Origin: a virus
Taxonomy: Duplodnaviria; Caudoviricetes
Virus record (IMG/VR): IMGVR_UViG_3300027749_002909
Coordinates: 1 to 63,343 of that record
Length of the DNA stretch: 63,343 bases
Reading direction: 5' to 3' (one strand)
The notes beneath the pieces were generated by a model. It had not been told where the DNA came from. It was given only the letters and a program-made list of their open reading frames with translations, and did no database searches. A program made the position numbers and the translations under genes. Below, piece after piece: positions 6,790 through 15,185 of this stretch (the stretch's first letter is position 1; every line of letters begins with the position of its first letter).

Positions 6790-6797
6790 TATTTATA
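6790..6797 (-). promoter_or_regulatory. Late promoter TATAAATA for the exported-protein operon
   Basis: Exact T4 late consensus, 113 nt upstream of ATG 6676. Confidence 0.7.
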
Positions 6798-6823
6798 GCT
6801 AGTTTGAGTAGATAAATCTATGA

Positions 6824-9787
6824 CTATTTGCTGTATTTAGAATCAAACATGGCTCGTAGCCACGGCCAATCATAGCTGAGTTTTAATTTCTCAAAGTTAC
6901 CATTCACTTCTTCAAAATATTCAACTGCATGTTGTGCACCATCTGTACTATACTCATTGAACTTGCCCATACCAACAGTTAGCCACATCTCAAGTCTATT
7001 TCTGCTAATCTCGCTATCTTCTGCACGTAGCTTTAGTGCTTCCCGGAAACTAGTACGCCATGTGCTCCAAGCATCGGTGTTGAAGTTGGCGATACCGCTG
7101 TTGATTTCTACCACTTCATGCTCGTCATCCATAGTAAAGTCAAGACCTTTACCTTGATTGGCAAGAGTTAATTTCTTATTATAAGCAATCATAGCCATGT
7201 GACCATACTTTAACCCATTAACAGGATTTGCGGCATGAAATACATAATGCTTGGGTAATTGCAATCTATCTGGTTGCCAGTTCCAATCAAACTTATTACT
7301 AACTTTTAACTTGGCAAACACAGTAAACATCCAAGGGGTATTACTTGCTTCCGCTGCTGCATGATATGATGCTACACGTCCATTTACCCCGTCTACTCTA
7401 GTAACTCTGTTGGGTAGTCCATCTGTTACCTTAAGCAAATGTTGATAATTTTCTTCTGCGCCTGTTTCACCATTGCTTAAGAATACGATATCCATTGGGC
7501 TAGATTTTGCTAATTTACTGTTAGTGATAATATATGGATAATCGTATAACTCACGCTTAATATAGTCTTTAGCTTCTTTGGGCACAACAATACGTGTTCC
7601 ACCTACACTAGTAATCTGTATATTTTTAGATTCAGGGGTCCACAAACTCATTGGTTCATTATCTATTGAATCATTACTTACATTATCGCTTGACAAGAAT
7701 ACAGCGTATGGGAAATTAAATTCAGTATTAATACTACTAATATGTGAATCCCCTTCGGTCACTATCACTGGTGCTGCTAGTCTTTTTACACGCTGATGTT
7801 GATTATAATTAATCTTATTAAAATCTTGCAAGGAAGATAAATCAACTACCAACTCACGCAACTTGTTTACGTCAATTAAAAACGTGTCACCAAACTTTTG
7901 TTGATTACTCGGAAATACATGCAATTGTTCTTTTGCAAACGGATCACATATATAAGTAAAGTCAAAGCCTGTATAATCGCACACAGTACTAACTACCCAA
8001 ACATAGTGTTCTTTTTTAGTTGGTAGTTTAGTTAACAAATTTTTAAATGTGTTCAAATAACTTTCTTGATACGGTACAACAATCTCACCGTCGTTTGCTA
8101 GTTGAGTTGTGTCTGCATTACCGTGGTCAATGTAAACTATATCATACAATATATTAGTTGCTTTTGCTCTACGTTGTTTTACAAAATTTATAGATGACAA
8201 ATGTTCAATTATTTTAATGTATTTTGTATCTTCGGCAAACGTTTCTCTATTCACCATAAATGTAGTTCCCCAATGACTCCATTGAGTACCAAACACATGC
8301 ACCATTTTCATTTGCCATGGATTGGGATAATATTCAAAATCAAAGTCAGTGTAATCTAATTCACTATTAAGTATCCAACATAATTCAGTTGTACTACGAT
8401 TAATACAACGATTGATTGTGTCTACCCAACTATTTAGATAACGAGTCTTTTGTATAGTAGGAAACTTTTGTTTCAATTTCTCAAATCTTGCTTGTGATTC
8501 ATTGTTACTTCTATCAACAAAGAACATATCAGATTTTTTGAATAGACTAGCCAAATACTTTTCAGATAGTTCTTCAGTTTGTACAAATTTAAAATCTGTA
8601 TTACCTTTAAGATACATACTAGCATTAACAAAATATGTTTGTGTAATCTCACTGTCAGGAGAACCAAACACATATACATATTCATTTTCCCATTGAATAT
8701 TAACTATTTCAGGACGCCAATCAAAGTTGAAAGTATCATATTCAATGTTCTTATGCATTGCCCAGAAGATTTCATTAGGATGTTGTTTAACTAAGTCTTC
8801 CAGTGTAGTTTCAATTTCATATTTAGAAACTACAATGTCTTGAAGATTTGGTGTTTTAGTTGATTTTTCAATTCTTTCCAAATATACTATTGCACTATCT
8901 ATATCATCATATACTACATATCTAGGGCCATCATCTCTATCTAGTAATGTACCAAATTGATATATGTAGTTTGGTGCCGTATCATCTGGGTGCCAACTAA
9001 AGTCAAATGTACTAACATCTACTCCGTCAGGAATTATCCAATTTTTTTGACTAGCCAATCGTCTAGCTTTTAATACAGACGGCTTAACATATTTTACGTC
9101 AGTCACGCCCTCTTCAGCACCTTTTGGTATATATCTAGGACCACCTGTCTTTTGCCACTGCGTACTAAATTGATAAATTATTGGAGGTTCATATGGGTTA
9201 GGAACCCAACTAAAGTCAAAACTGTTTTTATCTACATCTTCGGGTACTATCCAGTGTGTACTTGTTTGCGATAGTTTTACTATCTTCTCATTTATATACT
9301 TTTTTTCTGTTGCATCTTTTACATGATATTCTGCCGTAGGCATTATCTGCGCAGGATACCATTGATTACCCCATATGTATATGTATGGTGGATCTGTTGG
9401 GTCAGGATGCCAACTAAAATCAAAAGTACTTGCATCTACTAACTCTGATAATGTCCAATTATCATTTTTTTCATTTTTGCGATTTAAAGGTGTAACATCA
9501 GCACGGTATATAATGACTTCACTTTTTTCAGACGGGCATAGCCAAGTACCACTGTCTTTTTGATGTTGACTGGGCCATACATTGTTGTGTTCTTCTGCCC
9601 ATACATCTTCGTCGGGTAGAAATTCAAAATCAAATTCCCAATCAAAATTACGATAATCACAGTATTCGTTGATTATCCAAAAATGTTCAGTGGTACATTG
9701 TTGTCTAGCATCTTCTAATGAAGTTGCCTGTCTTTCTCTTGGGTGAACATTGGGCTTTTTGTTGAAATAAAATACATCACGGAGCAT
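6824..9787 (-). CDS. Multi-module glycosyltransferase-like protein
   Basis: Repeated FDFSW[HV]P modules; C-terminal domain DIVFLSNGE...RVDGVNGR...HAAAEAS...AWSTWRTSFREALKL is paralogous to 27148..28101. Confidence 0.65.
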   Translation of the reverse strand: MLRDVFYFNKKPNVHPRERQATSLEDARQQCTTEHFWIINEYCDYRNFDWEFDFEFLPDEDVWAEEHNNVWPSQHQKDSGTWLCPSEKSEVIIYRADVTPLNRKNEKNDNWTLSELVDASTFDFSWHPDPTDPPYIYIWGNQWYPAQIMPTAEYHVKDATEKKYINEKIVKLSQTSTHWIVPEDVDKNSFDFSWVPNPYEPPIIYQFSTQWQKTGGPRYIPKGAEEGVTDVKYVKPSVLKARRLASQKNWIIPDGVDVSTFDFSWHPDDTAPNYIYQFGTLLDRDDGPRYVVYDDIDSAIVYLERIEKSTKTPNLQDIVVSKYEIETTLEDLVKQHPNEIFWAMHKNIEYDTFNFDWRPEIVNIQWENEYVYVFGSPDSEITQTYFVNASMYLKGNTDFKFVQTEELSEKYLASLFKKSDMFFVDRSNNESQARFEKLKQKFPTIQKTRYLNSWVDTINRCINRSTTELCWILNSELDYTDFDFEYYPNPWQMKMVHVFGTQWSHWGTTFMVNRETFAEDTKYIKIIEHLSSINFVKQRRAKATNILYDIVYIDHGNADTTQLANDGEIVVPYQESYLNTFKNLLTKLPTKKEHYVWVVSTVCDYTGFDFTYICDPFAKEQLHVFPSNQQKFGDTFLIDVNKLRELVVDLSSLQDFNKINYNQHQRVKRLAAPVIVTEGDSHISSINTEFNFPYAVFLSSDNVSNDSIDNEPMSLWTPESKNIQITSVGGTRIVVPKEAKDYIKRELYDYPYIITNSKLAKSSPMDIVFLSNGETGAEENYQHLLKVTDGLPNRVTRVDGVNGRVASYHAAAEASNTPWMFTVFAKLKVSNKFDWNWQPDRLQLPKHYVFHAANPVNGLKYGHMAMIAYNKKLTLANQGKGLDFTMDDEHEVVEINSGIANFNTDAWSTWRTSFREALKLRAEDSEISRNRLEMWLTVGMGKFNEYSTDGAQHAVEYFEEVNGNFEKLKLSYDWPWLRAMFDSKYSK

Positions 9788-9795
9788 GCTAATAC

Positions 9796-11277
9796 TTATG
9801 ACAAAACTTTGACCCCATATAGTTTTTCAAATCTGTCTGCATCTGCTCGGTCGTTAACCATTGGTTCACCGCGAATGTTTAAACTTGTGTTCAATAGCAT
9901 TGGGCAATCAGTCAACACATACCATTTTTCTAATAGTTCTCTGATTCCCGATCCATCTTTTGGTACAGTTTGTACACGACTAGTCCCGTCATAATGTACA
10001 ATAGCAGGAAACAATTCAGGATACTTGCAATTACTGATAACTTGCATATACCTACTATTATCCCACTGCCGAGGCATAGCAAAATACTGATGGGCATACT
10101 CCTCAAGAATGACTGGTGCAAATGGTCTAAACTTCTGTCTACGTTTAATCTCATTTACTTTGTCTTTAATCTCATCTCCTCTTGGGTCTGCAAGGAGACT
10201 TCTGTTTCCCAATGCTCTCGGGCCAAACTCTGCACGTCCCGACGCAACACCAACAATGCGATCAGTAAGTAACACATCAAGTATGTTATTAACAGGATAC
10301 TTACCAGAAATATTATGACCAAGAAAAGCATCAGTCCAATTAGTTTTGCGACCGTAGCCAAGACATGCTGCGCCGAGACTATTACCCGCATCACCGGGGT
10401 TAGGCATGATCCAAATATTTTTATAGAAGTTCCCCAGTAATCTGTTTGCTAAACAATTCAATGCTACGCCGCCGCCGTATACTAGATTTCTACTAGTGCC
10501 TATCATTCTGGCTTTACTCATTACTCTAGCAATCATGTGTTCTACTAGATGTTGACTGCTACTAGCAATGTTCATTGGATCGGCATCTTTTAAGAAATCT
10601 TTATCTACTCCAGTATGTAGATTTTGCTTGAAGGTAAATATATCTTTACTATCTACAAACTCAGTCATCATTTCTTTAATGTGTATTGGTTCACCATATG
10701 CTGCCATACCCATTAAAATATATTCTTCATCAAGTGGGCGCAATCCAACTCGTTCAGTCATTGCTGAATAGAACAATCCAATACTATCAGGATACTTCAT
10801 ACTCCACAGTTTTTTGTATTCCGCTTTGCCGGTTGTAAAATCATACCAAGCATCCCAAATAGTGATAGTATCAAACTCGCCGATAGCGTCAATCACCACG
10901 ACAGTAGCATCTTGAAAGGGACTTGTTTGAAAGCCGGCTGCTGCGTGACATAGATGATGACTGTGAGTATGAATCTTTGGTTCACTCATTTGACTATAAG
11001 TAGAACCTAATATCTTTTCCCAAGTTGGCCAAGTAAAGCCCTCACCACTACGTAACTGTCGTAATGATTTTAACCACGGACGTTCATAGTAGTGATATTC
11101 TAAGTAGTCAGAATTGACATGTTTTAGTGTGTCAGTGAGTAATTCTTCACACACATCTTTATCATGCTTATTCTTACTGTAACGTTCACTGTGCCCAGCA
11201 AATAATATGTTGCCATGGTCATCTACTACACTTATTGCAGCGTCATGGAATCCAGCTGATATACCTATATAGTTCAT
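9796..11277 (-). CDS. Carbamoyltransferase, NodU/CmcH/TobZ family
   Basis: GFHDAA, ERYS..KHD, HHLCHAA, DAIGE, GGVALN, GDAG, EFGPRALGNRSLLADP, FRPFAP, LLNTSLN. Confidence 0.95.
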   Translation of the reverse strand: MNYIGISAGFHDAAISVVDDHGNILFAGHSERYSKNKHDKDVCEELLTDTLKHVNSDYLEYHYYERPWLKSLRQLRSGEGFTWPTWEKILGSTYSQMSEPKIHTHSHHLCHAAAGFQTSPFQDATVVVIDAIGEFDTITIWDAWYDFTTGKAEYKKLWSMKYPDSIGLFYSAMTERVGLRPLDEEYILMGMAAYGEPIHIKEMMTEFVDSKDIFTFKQNLHTGVDKDFLKDADPMNIASSSQHLVEHMIARVMSKARMIGTSRNLVYGGGVALNCLANRLLGNFYKNIWIMPNPGDAGNSLGAACLGYGRKTNWTDAFLGHNISGKYPVNNILDVLLTDRIVGVASGRAEFGPRALGNRSLLADPRGDEIKDKVNEIKRRQKFRPFAPVILEEYAHQYFAMPRQWDNSRYMQVISNCKYPELFPAIVHYDGTSRVQTVPKDGSGIRELLEKWYVLTDCPMLLNTSLNIRGEPMVNDRADADRFEKLYGVKVLS

Positions 11278-12059
11278 GTATTATTTTTTATAATTTGATT
11301 CATTTCTTCTGCAAATATCTTATGCATTGCCGGGGAATAATGCCCACCTGGACCCAATGCATCTTGGTATTTACCTTCTATAACTATTGTTTCCATATTT
11401 AAAATATACTCTAGATTAAGATAATCTTTGAAACTTTTTAAATCTTCTTCTACCCGATATACATCTTCGGGTTTAATATTGATTGAGTAGCCCACAGTAT
11501 GAACCCAAAATAGTTTAATATTGTTGATTCTACAAAAGTCCTGAATTAGTATGGCATTTTTATAAAAGTTAATAAGGCAATGATAGTTTTTTTCGTATTC
11601 TGTTTTAAAACGTAACAATGAATCAACCGTGTTATTAATACTATTAATCATAGGGGAAATAGATGTCCACGGCGAATTTATGCCGGGAATCTCAGTACGT
11701 GCTATATCTGTTGTTCCGATAATTGCTACTAAATCTATATTTTTTTTCTTTAATTGAATTAAGTCTGTTACGGTAGTTCTAGCTATTCTATCCATACTAG
11801 AGCCGGCCAATGCTTTATTAATAACGTTATATGCATATGTACTAGCTAATAGTCCCGGGAAAGCCCGCTCTTTCTCTAACTTAAGCACTTTTTCTATACC
11901 TTCAATAGAACGCATATTGTTATTGAATGTACTCATGTACCAATCTTTATATGGAGTAAAGTTTTTTTGATACGGAGAATATCCGGGGAATCCATTAAGC
12001 ATGTCATCTGCTAAATCATGCCCGGCTATAAAACTATCACCATTGCAGTATACTATCAT
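11274..12059 (-). CDS. SGNH/GDSL-like hydrolase-fold protein
   Basis: N-terminal NGDSF, NKALAGSS block, C-terminal GGHYSPAMH. Confidence 0.65.
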   Translation of the reverse strand: MIVYCNGDSFIAGHDLADDMLNGFPGYSPYQKNFTPYKDWYMSTFNNNMRSIEGIEKVLKLEKERAFPGLLASTYAYNVINKALAGSSMDRIARTTVTDLIQLKKKNIDLVAIIGTTDIARTEIPGINSPWTSISPMINSINNTVDSLLRFKTEYEKNYHCLINFYKNAILIQDFCRINNIKLFWVHTVGYSINIKPEDVYRVEEDLKSFKDYLNLEYILNMETIVIEGKYQDALGPGGHYSPAMHKIFAEEMNQIIKNNT

Positions 12060-12154
12060 TTGTAAATAAACGGATCTCGTTTACGCAACTCTTTAATACG
12101 TTTACGATATTTGTATTCTCTAACTAAACTTTTAAACCATCGTATTATAAACAT
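12056..12154 (-). CDS. 32-aa basic peptide (not in ORF track)
   Basis: MFIIRWFKSLVREYKYRKRIKELRKRDPFIYK*; TGA overlaps the next ATG; AAGG upstream. Confidence 0.75.
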   Translation of the reverse strand: MFIIRWFKSLVREYKYRKRIKELRKRDPFIYK

Positions 12155-12893
12155 TTTTTACCTTTATAAAGTTATATAACTCATCGGCATATAATAGATG
12201 AGGAGTTTCATTGTGATGCCAATACTTTGCTTTTGGATTAGTATACCCGGCGTTTTTGTATTTTATGTAGAATGAGTTTTCAGCATTTTCCATATTGTAA
12301 TATTTAGTAGTATCAATTTGTTCTAGGTAAAAACTTGTATGTTTGTTTTTTTTACCAAATACGTGAGTAGAATTGCACATTAAATAATCAATATGTTTTG
12401 ATTGTAAAAAATATTGAATTTGTAATACTAAATTAGCACTTATTATTTCTAAATAATTTTCGTTTTTGGCTATGAATTTATGATATTCAATTATGAATAT
12501 TTTTTCGTCAGGATCACCACCGAGCCATCCTAAATTGATGCGATTATACATTTCACCTGTACTAGCATGATAATCATTAAAAGGATTATGATCTCCAAAC
12601 CATGTTCTTCTCTCCCAAGGAACTTCCATTCTAGTACTATCTGTCCAACTAACTAATACAAAAACTTCCATAGTTTCAGAATTGTATTTCTCATTAAACC
12701 ATTGAAGTATGCTTCGTGCAATTGTTGGATTAGTTGAACCGGGTTCTGCTGTGTTAATAGGTGTATACCCTAACTTACTTGCTAAAATATTACCAAATGA
12801 ATTTTGTCTGTTGTATGTAGAATCTTGATTCCCATCTATTTCAGAACCGGATGCGTGACTGCATCCAGCAATTAACATTATCTTTTGTTTCAT
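12132..12893 (-). CDS. SGNH/GDSL-like hydrolase-fold protein
   Basis: AGCSHASG, NTAEPGSTN, VLVSWT, C-terminal WHHNETPH; paralogous layout to 11274..12059. Confidence 0.65.
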   Translation of the reverse strand: MKQKIMLIAGCSHASGSEIDGNQDSTYNRQNSFGNILASKLGYTPINTAEPGSTNPTIARSILQWFNEKYNSETMEVFVLVSWTDSTRMEVPWERRTWFGDHNPFNDYHASTGEMYNRINLGWLGGDPDEKIFIIEYHKFIAKNENYLEIISANLVLQIQYFLQSKHIDYLMCNSTHVFGKKNKHTSFYLEQIDTTKYYNMENAENSFYIKYKNAGYTNPKAKYWHHNETPHLLYADELYNFIKVKNVYNTMV

Positions 12894-12896
12894 TTT

Positions 12897-15137
12897 TTAA
12901 CTGCGTTTTGTAATAGATGCTACATCAATTGTTACAACTTCTTGCTTAGACATAGCTTCTTTTTCGGGTATAACTACATTAGTAGTGTCAGCCACTTTTA
13001 CTTGATAATCAGTATAGTTACTCCAATCACCAGAATCGACCCAATGTAATTTGAACGAAAAATCAACTGTTTCATTTAAATGTTTTTCTTCGTTGAGCAA
13101 ATCCATAAAATCTGCGCCGCTGCGGCCTTCTTCATCACTCCATTCTGGTTTTGCTAATTTTCTAGCACGTTTTGTTGTGTTACTTTGTAATCTGCTATAG
13201 TCTTGTGCGTAGAACGGACCCTTGCGTCCGAGTGGAGGACGCTCTCTGTCATCAAAATTGTTATCTACTTGATTAAAAATAATATCAAAATCAGCATCCC
13301 ATTTACCTTCATCAGTTATATTAAACTTATAAGTAGCGTAATACATACCGGGACCAAACTGACTCCCAAACTCTTTCAAATCTATTTCAGGGTTGAATCT
13401 TACTTCGGCTTTGTAACCACCGCGTGTTTTCCATAACATTCTAAAGAAAGGCCACATTTCATTTACTAGTGTGTCAGCAAATGGATTTATATCTGCTTTA
13501 ATTATATTGTAATCAAACTTCTCATATTCAATCTCTTTGATACACAATGGATCATTTAATTCAATTTTATAATGGTCTTTAGCCAAACTATCTCGTATCG
13601 GGTAACCTATAGGTACATCACTACATCCCTGCAAAAAATCAGCAAACATGTGAAACGTTTTAACTCTAGTCATAACGTGTGTTCCGCCTATTTTAAAGTC
13701 ATTACTGATCCAATGACCCTGATACTTATGCCAACTGATATTAAACTTATGAGGATTTTGTCCTACAATAGTTTCAGGACCTAATCCATATCCTACCCCT
13801 AGTCCTGCATTGTTGATATTGTTATTACGCATACGCCATAACAAAGTCATGCTGTCAGCATAGTCTTGCCAGTCTTCTGTAGGAAATCCTACGATCCAAT
13901 TGGTTGCTGCCCATATGCCTACTTTCTTTCCGTCAATAAAGTTCTGTTCCATTTCAGCAATAGTAACACCTTTAGCCATGTCATCTAGGACTTTTTGACT
14001 ACCGGATTCTATTCCATAGTTAAACATAATACAACCACCTGCTACTAGGTCTTTGAAGTATTCTAAATCCATACGACCGTCGCATCGTGCATACCCTGTC
14101 CATTTTATCTTCAAGTCTTTAGCAGCAACGCCCTTAACAAATGCACGTAGTTCTTTTAAATTACCGTTAACTAAACTATCGATAAACCAAATAACATCAG
14201 TACCTTTATTATAATACAACCATTCAATTTCTGTAATCAAATCAACTGCTTGGCGCTGACGATACTTCCAAAAATGAGTTTCTTCACAAAAAGTACACTT
14301 AGCTGTACACCCACGACTAATTTCAGTGTTGACGCCGTTAGGTAATTCATACAAACTAAAATCAATAGATTCATAATCTGGCATCGGTAAGCCGTTAATA
14401 TTAATGCGCTGGTCTTCTGGTTGATTTAATATTTTAGGTTCAGTGTGTACAACACCTTCTTCTACTTCATCAAGCAAGAACAATAGATTAGATTCCCCTT
14501 CACCAACCACAACGTAGTCATAGTAAGGTTCAGTTTTAAACCAACTCTTATGCACGTTTGGTCCACCTACTGCAATTTTTACATTAGGTAATCTACGTTT
14601 CAGTTCACGGCACATCCATTTGCTAGGTTCTTCACTAATATAATAGATACTGAATCCCACTACTTCAGGGTTCAATGCAACAATATCATCTACTGCTTTA
14701 CTAAGTATAGGCTCTAATACAGGATGTATATCATTCATATAAGTTTCACCTAGCCAGTGCCAACTGCTACTAGGATCCCATAATCTGAATGGAAGTTTAT
14801 TATTAGGTTGCCAATCGTTTCTATACTCGTTGTACGCACGAACATTCAAGTCCATGATATGAGTTTCATATCCTGCGCTTTTAGCGATGCCACTCAATCT
14901 AGCTAAACTAAAAGGTGGCATATATGGACTCCATTCTGGGCATAACACCAACACTAGTTTTGTCTTGCGTGTTTTGTAATCTACATATACCGGGGTTAAG
15001 TTCTTTTGTTCCGTTTTTTTAGCATAAGGAGCAATTGCTTCCATCATACTACGATGACGGGCATCCGTAATGTCCTCGGTTGGTCTTTCCTTTGGTATGA
15101 GTTTATCTACCGCAAGACTTTTTAAATTAAAATCCAA
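12897..15137 (-). CDS. B12-binding radical SAM enzyme
   Basis: N-terminal cobalamin-binding-type motifs (PPFSLA, VVGFS, IAVGGP, VVVGEGE, LPMPDY) then SRGCTAKCTFC, GIESGS and IVGFPTE; TTG start with AGGAG upstream. Confidence 0.92.
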   Translation of the reverse strand: MDFNLKSLAVDKLIPKERPTEDITDARHRSMMEAIAPYAKKTEQKNLTPVYVDYKTRKTKLVLVLCPEWSPYMPPFSLARLSGIAKSAGYETHIMDLNVRAYNEYRNDWQPNNKLPFRLWDPSSSWHWLGETYMNDIHPVLEPILSKAVDDIVALNPEVVGFSIYYISEEPSKWMCRELKRRLPNVKIAVGGPNVHKSWFKTEPYYDYVVVGEGESNLLFLLDEVEEGVVHTEPKILNQPEDQRININGLPMPDYESIDFSLYELPNGVNTEISRGCTAKCTFCEETHFWKYRQRQAVDLITEIEWLYYNKGTDVIWFIDSLVNGNLKELRAFVKGVAAKDLKIKWTGYARCDGRMDLEYFKDLVAGGCIMFNYGIESGSQKVLDDMAKGVTIAEMEQNFIDGKKVGIWAATNWIVGFPTEDWQDYADSMTLLWRMRNNNINNAGLGVGYGLGPETIVGQNPHKFNISWHKYQGHWISNDFKIGGTHVMTRVKTFHMFADFLQGCSDVPIGYPIRDSLAKDHYKIELNDPLCIKEIEYEKFDYNIIKADINPFADTLVNEMWPFFRMLWKTRGGYKAEVRFNPEIDLKEFGSQFGPGMYYATYKFNITDEGKWDADFDIIFNQVDNNFDDRERPPLGRKGPFYAQDYSRLQSNTTKRARKLAKPEWSDEEGRSGADFMDLLNEEKHLNETVDFSFKLHWVDSGDWSNYTDYQVKVADTTNVVIPEKEAMSKQEVVTIDVASITKRS

Positions 15138-15185
15138 AAATAATCTCCTATATAGACTATTTAATTGAATAATAATTAGTCTGTT

